From the NCBI GenBank assembly GCA_000146045.2, contig BK006947.3, positions 672,001 through 736,000 of the forward strand: 64,000 nt of DNA, read 5' to 3'. The first letter of the stretch is position 1. Every line of letters begins with the position of its first letter. The notes under the pieces were generated by a model. The model worked only from the letters and a program-made list of their open reading frames with translations. It was not told where the DNA came from and made no database searches. The DNA is from TPA_inf: Saccharomyces (taxonomy: Eukaryota). The position numbers and the translations under genes were made by a program. Below, in pieces: positions 46,328 to 56,425 of this stretch.

Positions 46328-47345
46328 TTTCTTTTATTTGATACTTCTATTCGAGGGTATGACTTCAAATGCAACTATTAGTGACAAGGTAATAAAACTA
46401 TAACACACTTGAAAAAAAAAATGCGATGGTTTTGTAGTATTCTTCGTGATCTTTTTCTCTTTAAAAATCAACGAAAAATAAAGATGTATCAGTAAAATAA
46501 GTTTTCAACAGATTCTCTGTAAAATGATTGACTAATTGAATATTTGAAAGAAAATGAGGTTTGAACGAAAATAATAAAACAAAAAAAAAAATGTAATTAA
46601 ATGGGCAAAAATGAATTAAAATGTAGGGAAAAAACACAACTTGAAGAATTAAACAGAGTAAAAAAACGAAAGCTTGTGGTAGGTGATATAAATAAATTAA
46701 AGCAATATCTTACTGTTTATTCTTCCTCTAGAATAGTTTTGGTACTAACGGTAACTAGAAAACTGAAGAAGTTTTTCGTATTCTTCTAATACTCAAGCAA
46801 AATATCCTATGTCAAGTACTACCACTTGTACAGTCTTCGTTTTGTACAAATTAGGTATGAATTGCTCTTTTTTGAAACAGTAATGGGATAAAAAACAAAT
46901 GACTTAGTTTAACGTCCGCCGGTTGCGATAGAACTTTTAACCGTAACAATAGTAACAGTGGACAGGAAAAAAAAACGGTACGAAAAGGTAATATTGCCTA
47001 ATCTGAAATAATGTAGTCACTCTAGAACTATTAATAAAGAAGCTTGTACTTCCTCTTATCCCTGGAATGGACGGTTATGCTGCTTGCAATATGTCATTCT
47101 TTCATTAATCGCCACCTGATGTTTTTCGCTGCTTTGGACGAAAAAATTTCCAAGAAAAAATAAATGGTTAAACAAACTACAGCGCACGTGACCGATAACT
47201 ATACGGGAATAACGCATCAATCTCCTGTGGAAGAGTGCTTATTGCATCGAAGAACCAATCTGTATTACTACATGTCCAATCATAAGCTGATGTTGCTTTT
47301 AAACTTTTTTTTTTAAAATTGTGTATACATATAGTACATAAATGA

Positions 47346-48269
47346 TCATTGGTCCCCATCAATACCGTATATGACACCTTGGTACTTGGCGAAATCCGTA
47401 CCGTTTGGGAACTTATGCATAGACAGCTTGCTCAATTGGCAGAAGGATAGAAGCATCAATAGACTCTGGCCGCCTGTAGTAGTAAATATAGAGAATCTTG
47501 GTAGCCCTAACTCATCGGCAAGTGTGGTTAGTGAATATTGCTGCTGCTGTTGCTGTTGTGAAGATTGTTGCAATTGAGGGTTCTTGAACTCCTGGATTAT
47601 TTTATACACCAGGTTTAAGTCGTAGAAATTGGGCATGTATTGATGGACCCACCACTCGAAATCCTCCTTGTTGTTGGGCATGGAGTCATTCATTAGAATG
47701 TTGATCAGGAAACCTAGATCATATGCCGCATGGTATGTGATCCAAGTAACAGAATCATCCATCATTAAACCAGAGTCCATTAGAAGCTGCGAAAATTCAA
47801 ATACATCGATGCCTAAATTTTCGTGTTTTTCGAAGTTGATACCTGATTTTCTGAGTAATTCTAACGATTCTGTGGACATGATTTCCTTCTTTGGGTCAAA
47901 TTCAAAATTGAACTGCCACGTTGAGGGACCGTTGTCAGGCTTATTGCCGTTGGCGTCACTCAAGGAAAGACCAAGTTGTATTGGGTTTAAGAAGTCTACG
48001 TTGGCCCTCATTGTCTGATAGTGGTAATCGACCTTCGACCTGAAAGTGCCGATCGGCCTAGCCAAAGTCCCCACAAACTCAGTACTGATTGACACATGAT
48101 TATACTGCGAGACCAGTTGTCTTATAACGGCGAATTCACTGTAAAGGTTGGACTTCCAGACATCGCGAACGAAAAGATAATTTGGGGGTGGTAAAAAGAT
48201 CGGTGGCATACTTTGGTTGGTTAAATGCTTGGGTAGCTGGGAAGCCAAGGGACGATTGAGTCCCACTCC

Positions 48270-48315
<46 letters not shown>

Positions 48316-48647
48316 AGAACGTTCAGTCCGGGCGGCAAACTAGCCACCGAAACAGGCGTTCCTATATTAAATGGCTGCTGTTGTTGTTGCTGTTGCTGTT
48401 GTTGCTGAGTTAACAGTGGCTCGTTCTTCTGCTTCAAAAGATAGGCATTGTTCATCTCCTGATTAACAGAGCCATTAATTGTATTTACAGGCATCCCTTG
48501 AGGAAACATTCTTGCTCTATTAACCTTTGGCGAATACACCTGAGGTCCCATGTTTTGCTGCTGGTGTTGTTCAGAAGCCTGCCTCTGAGAGAAAAACTGC
48601 TCACCTCCTACAGCTAATACCCTCGGTTGTACATTCATAGATTGCAT
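47346..48647 (-). CDS. POP2: Pop2/Caf1, CCR4-NOT deadenylase subunit with N-terminal polyQ tracts (433 aa)
   Basis: 433 aa; two long Gln runs encoded by CAG/CAA (seen as CTG/TTG on the + strand), then a DEDD-type nuclease-like domain. Confidence 0.93.
48266..48407 (-). repeat. POP2: CAG/CAA trinucleotide tracts encoding two polyglutamine runs (about 17 Q and 12 Q) in POP2
   Basis: The + strand shows CTGCTGCTGTTGCTG... runs at about 48271-48316 and about 48375-48407. Confidence 0.9.
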
Positions 48648-49119
48648 AATCCTTTTTGACCCTTTATAAATGTATAAAATTGAGTTGCCTGTTTCTAATC
48701 GTTCGAAGTATTTCCAGTATGAAAAACAAGGAAGCCCTGATAACGAGACACGCTAATAAACTTCAAACTGATCTTTCTTGTCAGTTATCATTCTACTACT
48801 ATAATTGAAAAGACTCAATAAAGAAAATATCATAATGATGAAAAAAGAGCGAGCAGCGGGTAAGGACCGAATTCCGTTTGGAATGACTGGTATAATGAGA
48901 TTTACCTTATACTATAGAGAGGGCTATATCATTACCGAACTTAAGTTTTCTATTGGAATATTATACTTTATAAACTAAATAATTACCCATCTATGTTGTT
49001 TCCCCAAGAATGTTTGCTGCCATATAATAAGAACAAAAAAAAAAATAACAAAAAAAAAGAAAAAAAAAATCACTTGTAATCTTAAATTAATATTATACAC
49101 CGGTTGTCCGTTTTTACCT

Positions 49120-49770
49120 CTATGCCGTCTTCTCAACTTCTTTCTTCTTTGGTTTTTCTTCCCCTTCCTTTTCAGGTGGAAGGACGAACCAAGGGATTTT
49201 ACCTCTATTAAAATCATTCAATATTTGCTTAGAAACACCAGACTCATCAGGCTCACCACCCTTCAGTAATCTACCTTGTTTCCTTGCCAGAATTTCAATA
49301 AACTCCGTGGCATCCTTCCATCCTGAGATCTCGTAAGTTCTTTCCAAGTGCTTTACCTGACAACGTTTTAAAACACCTGGAATATATTGTTCTGGGTGTG
49401 TGACGTGTTCGACTCTGACAACACCTCTGAATAAAATGTCTTCTTCGGAGTCTTTACTAGAAGGCGGCACAATACCTGGACAATCAATCAAAAAAATTCT
49501 TTTCATAAGAGTAATATATTGCCAGACCTTAGTTTCACCAGGGATTGGTGCAACTTGACACACCTTTTTCTTTCTCAATGTGTTAATGATGGACGATTTA
49601 CCAGTGTTTGGATAGCCGATAAACCCTACAGATATTTGCTTTCTATCAGTATGCAACTGTGAGAACTGACGTAGCAACTGAATTAACGAACCTTTACCGA
49701 AAGAGTTGGTAATAGATGCGTGAAACGCCAAAGTTGGACGTTCCTTTGACAAATGTTTGACCCAAGCTGC
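49120..49770 (-). CDS. NOG2: Nog2 exon 2 (216 codons plus stop), resuming ...[27 protein letters not shown]... with G1/G4 GTPase motifs
   Basis: Joining exon 1 and exon 2 gives 486 aa, the known Nog2 length. Exon 2 starts just after the first in-frame TAG downstream of TACTAAC. The exon 2 start is +/-1 nt because of the display/ORF-track mismatch near 49741-49802. Confidence 0.82.
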   Translation of the reverse strand, partial: AAWVKHLSKERPTLAFHASITNSFGKGSLIQLLRQFSQLHTDRKQISVGFIGYPNTGKSSIINTLRKKKVCQVAPIPGETKVWQYITLMKRIFLIDCPGIVPPSSKDSEEDILFRGVVRVEHVTHPEQYIPGVLKRCQVKHLERTYEISGWKDATEFIEILARKQGRLLKGGEPDESGVSKQILNDFNRGKIPWFVLPPEKEGEEKPKKKEVEKTA

Positions 49771-50302
49771 CTACTTGTAAAGTTAGAATTGAAAAAAAAA
49801 AACCTTCTGTTAGTAAAAAATACATTTTGTTTCATAATAGGTAATCTTTTGCCCCAAGAGAATGTAATAATCATTGTTATAGCCGAGATTGATTGTTTCG
49901 AAGAGTGGATTAAACTAAAAAAAAAAAAAAAGTAGAAAATTGTGAGGATCTTTACTACGAACATATTGTATGGAGCCCGAGATAAAGTCTCAAATAACAA
50001 AAGCTCAACTCATAAGATCCTCGCTGTTCTAAAAAGCGAAGGTATACCTTTAAAACAAAGGTTGTCCTTCTAATTTACCCATGAGGCTTCCCCAGAACGG
50101 GGAAATATGGATAAGCGAACAGTATTACTCTTCCAAAACAGTAACAGACACTTCTGTAGATAAGTTTATCCTAAAACGGATAGAGAAGCACCCTGACAAA
50201 AAGGTTTGGTAATAAAAATCATACTCTATCGAAAAAAAAAATCTCTCGTGCTATCCTCTTGGTTGGAAAGAATCAAAAAAAAAAAAAAAAAAGTTAACAT
50301 AC
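49771..50302 (-). other. NOG2: NOG2 spliceosomal intron, about 532 nt: 5'ss GTATGT, branchpoint TACTAAC (minus-strand rc of + 49809-49815), 3'ss TAG
   Basis: Canonical yeast splice signals read directly. Splicing restores the frame and the known protein length. Confidence 0.85.
49960..50245 (-). ncRNA. SNR191: Putative intron-encoded H/ACA snoRNA snR191. Boundaries are approximate: an ACA box candidate is 3 nt from a plausible 3' end at about 49964.
   Basis: From memory, snR191 (which guides two conserved 25S pseudouridines) lies in the NOG2 intron. Just before CATACAATA the intron has a hairpin-like segment (GAGC...GGGCTC), consistent with an H/ACA 3' hairpin followed by ACA. Ends were not determined. 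Confidence 0.45.
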
Positions 50303-51112
50303 TGCAACCCAGGTAGGTACCAAATCACACTTATTAAGAACATAAATTAAATGCTTGTGTGGTGTTTCCTTCTTCATATACTCTTCCACGGACTTACAAC
50401 GGGTACCCAATGGATCCCTTGCATCTAGAACATGTATTACCACGTCAGACGAATCGATGACTTTATATAATTCGTTCCAAATACGTTTGGATTGACCCTT
50501 ACTGAAAATAGCTTCTTTTGCTGCGGAGGTCCACCCATTTTCTTTGTCTTCCTGGTTCCCCATTAGTCCTAATGTGGCATCTAAGACTTGCTTTTCCTCA
50601 TACTTGGTAATGTCTTCATTTGTAGCCTTGACCAAGTCCTCTAGATTGGATGCAGCAAGACGTGGTCTCTTTCTTTGGGCTTTGGGCCCAAACGCATCAG
50701 CATAACTTTCGGTATCCAAAATTCTGGCTTTTGGGGATTCATCTGCGTCCTTTTCTTCCAACAATGACATGGGAAGCTTATTTCTTCTCAGAAGAACTTG
50801 ATATGTATCTTTTTGGGTTTCACCCAATGCACTTCTGAAATGCTGCAGTGCGTCCTGAGATATCACTCTTGTGTTACCGAACCAACGACGATCTGGTTGG
50901 ACCCTCGCATCCGGTATTGTGGAGTCCTGGAAAGAAGCGGCCCTAATTAAATTACCTTTCTTATTCCTGATCTCCTTCCCACTAGTGTACATATTCAGGA
51001 ATTTGACTCTCTTGGAGTCTCTGTAGAAATTTTCACCCTTCACACGAAGATTACCATCTTTGGTGTCACCTTCACGAATACGTCTAGATTTCTCTTTCTT
51101 ACCAGTACCCAT
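50303..51112 (-). CDS. NOG2: Nog2 (nucleolar GTPase 2) exon 1, 270 codons from ATG 51112 to the GTATGT 5' splice site
   Basis: MGTGKKEKSRRIREGDTKDGNLRVKGENFY... The frame ends ...LVPTWVA followed immediately by GTATGT (minus-strand 50302..50297). Confidence 0.85.
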
Positions 51113-51255
51113 TGTATTATTCCTCCCCTGATATTTAGTGGTTTTGCTGCAAGTCAACAGATCTTCAAAGTTAACACTTAAGGGAAAGTACTAACAAGTA
51201 GTAAATATCTTTTATATATTCTACGCTTCTTTATATGCCCAAAAAGAAGAAAAGT

Positions 51256-51293
51256 GAAAAATTTTTCTTCAAGCGAAAAATTTTTGCGATGAG
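51256..51293. promoter_or_regulatory. Ribosome-biogenesis promoter module upstream of NOG2: two RRPE copies (GAAAAATTTTT) then PAC (GCGATGAGC), within about 180 bp of the NOG2 ATG
   Basis: + strand gaaaaatttttcttcaagcgaaaaatttttgcgatgagc. NOG2 and the adjacent ESF2 are both RiBi genes. Confidence 0.7.
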
Positions 51294-51355
51294 CATCGGG
51301 CAAAAAAACGTGCTAAATGACAGGTTGTGTTTATATATTTGTTATTGATTCTATA

Positions 51356-52306
51356 TTATAGTAAATTGGTGAGAACATTACCCAAGTCTTTGGACCCAGA
51401 GGATTGCTGCTTGATATCAGAGGGAGCATTGGCACGGCTTGTTTCCACACGACGTTGTTTAAATTCCCTGTGAGGGTGAGAATCTGCAGACTCTCCTTCT
51501 TTTCCGGCGCGCTTCCTAGAGTTCTTAATGTTTTGTATCATCTTACTTTGCTCCACGTTTCTAATGAATTCCGCGTTCAGTTTGTTGGCCTGCGAGATTT
51601 CCATCTCCAACTTGGCCTGTCTGATATCGTTCTCGCGGGCAATCTGTTCAGTCAAATCTGCCCATTTGAAACCTGGGAGGTACTTCACGTTCAGGATATC
51701 ATCATGGTAGAAAGTACCTTTCTTGCCACCAATAATGTTCCCGTTCAACGTCTCCGCACACAATTTGGCGTCTCTTTTCCTAATAAACTCGGCCCAACCT
51801 TCTTCATACTTGTTTTTCTTGTTTCCTCCACCTTTAACTCTTTGCTTGTACTTTTGATCGTCCTCTTTCTTTAGAAATAGTCTATCTACCTCACCAAAAC
51901 GAGTTAATATTTGTCTCATTTTTGCAGGTTTCATGTAAGGTGGAATACTGGAGAAGTATACCACCCCAGTCTTGTGTTTAGACTTCTTGGCGGCCTTTGA
52001 TTTTACCAGTTGCCTTAGTTTTTCTGTTTTTAAATCCAGTGAAGTGGTGGACGAAGCTTGTTCTTCTACTTCTCGATCGAGCTTTTCTCCATTCTCTTTA
52101 TCTGGTTGTTCTACATCCTCTTTTTCTTCTTGTTTTTGCTCTTCTTCTATGTCTGACTCGTTTTCACTTTCGATGTCTTCTACCTTCTTACTGAAGATAT
52201 CATCCTTACTAGAAATTTTTTTCTTGGTCTGAATTAAGACGTTATGTTGATCGGTTTCCTCATCTGAGGAAAAGTCTTCAAAGTCACTATTTACTTTTTC
52301 ACTCAT
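51356..52306 (-). CDS. ESF2: Esf2, nucleolar RRM protein for 18S rRNA processing (ABT1 homolog, 316 aa)
   Basis: 316 aa, acidic N-terminus, RRM-like core (GVVYFSSIPPYMKPAKMRQILTRFGEVDRLFL). Confidence 0.9.
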   Translation of the reverse strand: MSEKVNSDFEDFSSDEETDQHNVLIQTKKKISSKDDIFSKKVEDIESENESDIEEEQKQEEKEDVEQPDKENGEKLDREVEEQASSTTSLDLKTEKLRQLVKSKAAKKSKHKTGVVYFSSIPPYMKPAKMRQILTRFGEVDRLFLKKEDDQKYKQRVKGGGNKKNKYEEGWAEFIRKRDAKLCAETLNGNIIGGKKGTFYHDDILNVKYLPGFKWADLTEQIARENDIRQAKLEMEISQANKLNAEFIRNVEQSKMIQNIKNSRKRAGKEGESADSHPHREFKQRRVETSRANAPSDIKQQSSGSKDLGNVLTNLL

Positions 52307-54133
52307 GCGTAAAAATTTACTTCACTCTGCTGCAGTAAACTGTTTGCTTTGTACTTACATAGCAATGGGTAGTTTGTCAGGTTGAAATTTTTCAAAATCT
52401 TAATAGCGAAAGTTTTACTGCGCAATGTGAGAAAAGCTGGCTATAACGAAGTAATTCAAAATAATAAAACAAGAGAAAGAAAAAATTTACACGTCATTGC
52501 CTTTGGAAATGTGATCAGACAGACCCAATATCACCGTTTAAATATTCTTCACGAGATAATGTAGTTTGTCAATTGAAACGCTATTTGGTGGCTGGCTAAT
52601 CAAATATGGTCGATGAAGGGGTTGTCAATCCAGCAGCCCTTAAAGAATTGTCGCTATCTGTTTGTTCCTATAATTAATTTGCACTGAAAAGATACATGTG
52701 CATTATTGCAGTATATTATAAGGAATTCCGGAGTTTTCTAGTAACTTTCTAGTCGCGCAACCGAGAGATGAGTACTACAACGCAACCTATTTGGTAGTGC
52801 ATCCTACACATTGTGAACGTTTTTGGTTCATATTACAATATTACGATATTACGAATTTTACCCTTTCTTTAATACTAACTTTGATCAGAAAGCACCTTTA
52901 TCAATATGGCCACGTCTGGGAAGTCGGTCATAATCAAAAGGCTACAGGCTTTGGGGTTTGAAATATCAATATACGAATTGTGAGACTTTGTTTTATCTTA
53001 GGGACGAAAATGGATGTGTGAAATTACTTATGGAAGGATCAATAATAGCAACGTTTGCTAATGTGTTAAGATGGCAAAATGCTACTGGTACGCCTCGTTG
53101 AGTATCCATCATTATTAATAGCGCCAAAATTGAAACATTAATTGCGGTTTTAGAACAACTTTAGAATTACAGAGCAAGGTGATAAGATCTCAATAGCTTA
53201 TGAAAAATAATAATTTTTTAGAACCTAATGAACGTGTCGAAACTTTCCGCAAAATATTATGTACATCTCTACTCAACCTTCTATTAGGATCATGAGAAAT
53301 GTGTTAAAACAGAAAAAATGCACCCTCATAATAAAAAACTTGGCCAAACCAAACCCTTTCTAGTACATCGATATGTATATCACACAATAAAGTCAATGCA
53401 GCATAACTTAGAATCGAGGTAGCGACTCCCCGTATTGCTCAAAATGGAAAATTCTATGGAAATAGAATTCATATGACTCTGAGAACTAAAGGAACATTAT
53501 GACGAACAAAATTGCTATGATGTGAGGAATAAGATGATACAGTCCTACCAAATACCAAAGATCGGGTCGTCGAGGGCGGTATCATATCTAGGGAGATTTC
53601 TTTTCAATTAGAGCATATTCATTATCAAGTAACCACCATTTGTATTTTTTTTTTCTTCTCAAGGTAGTTATTCTGTTCTGACGTGCAGAAGATGGGCGTA
53701 GCATTGACACAAAGATTCAGTGGGAAACTATATATCCATATCTCATCCTGGTTTGGAAAATGAAGAGCTGCATACTTATATGAGGGAAAGAAGGCTAAAC
53801 AAAATATACGTAAAGCAACTATCAAGAGCCAATGGAATCTATTTTCAAAATTTGCGTTCTTCCAAAACATTTATCCCGTTTGATGCATTAATGAAAATTA
53901 TGAACATTTATTTCCTTACCACACGTACATTGGGTGCTCTACTTTCTTTTTTATTTAAGCATATAAAATGTACACAGTAGTAAAATACCATTTTAAAATA
54001 TTATTTGAACAATCATAGAACACTACGCAGGTATTCTTCTTCAAAAAGATAGCTTCAATGTATTTCATGTATCTGAAAACGCTTTGTCTTGCCATTAAAG
54101 ATCTGGTGGCCCCGACAAAATAAAAAAAAATAC

Positions 54134-54217
54134 TGAAGGATGCGAGGTTCGAACTCGCGCGGACAACCGTCCAACAGATCTTAAGTCTGCCGCCTTAGAC
54201 CACTCGGCCAACCCTCC
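54134..54217 (-). tRNA. tL(UAA): tRNA-Leu (anticodon UAA), intronless, 84 nt with long variable arm
   Basis: Minus-strand sequence GGAGGGTTGGCCGAGTGGTCTAAGGCGGCAGACTTAAGATCTGTTGGACGGTTGTCCGCGCGAGTTCGAACCTCGCATCCTTCA. The acceptor, D, anticodon (loop CUUAAGA) and T stems all pair. A and B box promoters are present. Confidence 0.93.
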
Positions 54218-54233
54218 AAAGATTTATACTTTT

Positions 54234-54574
54234 TGTTGTATCTCAAAATGAGATACGTCAGTATGACATTTTGAGATCCTAAACGTTCATAAAACACATA
54301 TGAAACAACCTTATAACAAAACGAACAACATGAGACAAAACCCGTCCTTCCCTAGCTGAACTACCCAAAAGTATAAATGCCTGAACAATTAGTTTAGATC
54401 CGAGATTCCGCGCTTCCACCACTTAGCATGATTCATATTTTATATAATATATAAGATAAGTAACATTCCGTGAATTAATCTGATAAACTGTTTTGACAAC
54501 TGGTTACTTCCCTAAGACTGTTTATATTAGGATTGTCAAGACACTCCGGTATTACTCGAGCCCGTAATACAACA
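54234..54574 (+). mobile_element. Ty3 sigma solo LTR (341 bp), 16 bp upstream of the tRNA-Leu 5' end
   Basis: Begins TGTTGTATCTCAAAATGAGATA, ends ...CTCGAGCCCGTAATACAACA, with an internal TATAAATG. Matches my memory of the sigma consensus. Its position 16-19 bp upstream of a Pol III gene is the Ty3 integration signature. Confidence 0.85.
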
Positions 54575-54631
54575 CTTTTTATCGTATTTCAGGTAGTATA
54601 CCACATCATTATTTGAAGAGTGGGTGAGTTT

Positions 54632-54945
54632 TGAGATAATTGTTGGGATTCCATTGTGATTAAGGCTATAATATTAGGTATGTAGATATACTAGAAGTTC
54701 TCCTCGAGGATTTAGGAATCCATAAAAGGGAATCTGCAATTCTACACAATTCTATAAATATTATTATCATCATTTTATATGTTAATATTCATTGATCCTA
54801 TTACATTATCAATCCTTGCGTTTCAGCTTCCACTAATTTAGATGACTATTTCTCATCATTTGCGTCATCTTCTAACACCGTATATGATAATATACTAGTA
54901 ACGTAAATACTAGTTAGTAGATGATAGTTGATTTTTATTCCAACA
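54632..54945 (-). mobile_element. Ty1/Ty2 delta solo LTR (about 314 bp), inverted relative to the + strand
   Basis: On the + strand it reads TGAGATAATTGTTGGGATTCCATTGTGATTAAGG...GATAGTTGATTTTTATTCCAACA, the reverse complement of the delta consensus TGTTGGAATA...TTATCTCA. Confidence 0.85.
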
Positions 54946-55369
54946 TTATTGTACTCAGCAATTGTTGCGAAACAGACAAGATTAAGTATATTATTCAAGG
55001 CCTTGCTTACCTAGATGAACCATTGAGAAATATACATATTGAGCAATACCTCTAGGTCCGAAGTTCCGTGCCTACACCCTTTAGTCAGATTTAGATTATA
55101 TGAGATAAGTGGTATTTTGTGGACCAAGTTTGTGATTAATCTGATATCAAGTTACTTTCTTAACGACATTAGGACGCCAGGGTAGCCAGTATTATTCAAG
55201 TCCATAGAACAGCCTGTATACCTTCACTTCATTAGGTATATTCTTGGTTATGCGTTATTTAAATCCTCATCTGCCGCTGCTTAAAAAAAGCAGCTAAAGT
55301 GTTGCGTAGGCACTTCGAACAAGTAGTCAGTAATATCACCTTTTAACATCTAATCATCAAAAGAGACAT

Positions 55370-55670
55370 TTTTTGGGATTAATTGTTTATAAAAGCTATG
55401 AACTTAGGTCTACAGAATGTACCAAAAGTTATCCTGTAGGATATAGGAATCTACGAAAGGGGCCCGATACTTCTATATAATATATATTTTTATTTCTCCT
55501 TCAATTTTATACGTTGTCATTCCTTATCCTATTACTTCATCAATTCTTGCAATTCAACATCCAATAACTTTGATAACTGTTTCCCATCAATTATGTCGTC
55601 ATTTTACACTGTATATGATACAAGTAGTATGAGTACACACCAATAGATGATTAATTTTTTCCGACAATCA
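55370..55670 (-). mobile_element. Degenerate delta-like solo LTR remnant (approximate bounds)
   Basis: Partial similarity to reverse-complemented delta (GGGATTAATTGT...CGTATATGATA...TTTTCCGACAA). Diverged, and the ends are not cleanly defined. Confidence 0.35.
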
Positions 55671-56425
55671 AATATTGGGATCATAAACACACATAATCGC
55701 CATATCCGTTAATTCGGGTTTCAATCACTTCGTTTGTCTATCGTATCGCAGCCTAGTGAATATTTAATTCTTTCAATAAAAAAGGCTTAAAATCACCATG
55801 AAAATCACAAGAGGAATCTTTCAACAAGAACAATAGTATACAATCCATGAATGAAGGAGTTCATATTTGACTAGAACTATACAAAGGTTTTGTACTGTTT
55901 TTACTGTGAGGGTAGCATCTCATTTATCCAGAATCTCAGAAGGGAGAAACCCAATCGCTAAATCGATATTATCACCCAGAAGTTTCAAATAGGCGATTGT
56001 AGAATATACACAGGGACAACCACTCAGTTTATGGCTTCAGTGCGCGCCCAGTTCTGGAGGAAAGCATTATCGAAGTAATAAAACTTTAAAAAAGCTCTCC
56101 GCAACTAATGAGGATTGCAGTATCCAGATACCCTTGTTTTCTGCCAAATGAACACTTTTACTATGTCATATAAACAAAAAGTGCCATTTCTTGGTACTGC
56201 TTCAGTCTTAGGAATGGTCAATACGTTATTATTACTTAAATATACGATTAATAACATGCTCTGTTGCGTATTTAGTAAGTGTGTAAGGAAACTGTAATAT
56301 TACCTAACCGGTATCCCACGTGTTTCACGAAGGGCGCTTTTGTTGTTGCAATTATAATCCTAGTTAGGTAAAAAAAAAATACTTAATTCCTATCATCTAC
56401 TAGATACAAGAAAGACGTCTCTGAA

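Noticed and set aside
48217-48408. Plus-strand ORF encoding poly-Cys (CCCCCCCC...) within POP2
   Set aside because: It is the antisense reading of the CAG/CAA polyQ tracts and is not a real cysteine-rich gene.
53500-53560. ATGATGTGAGG...AGATGATAC resemblance to C/D snoRNA boxes in the ESF2-tRNA gap
   Set aside because: No canonical RUGAUGA C box paired with a CUGA D box and terminal stem at the right spacing. Probably a chance match.
54575-54631. 57-bp segment between the sigma LTR end and the delta LTR end
   Set aside because: Too short to classify. It could be original target DNA or a fragment of another LTR, and no terminal inverted repeats are visible.
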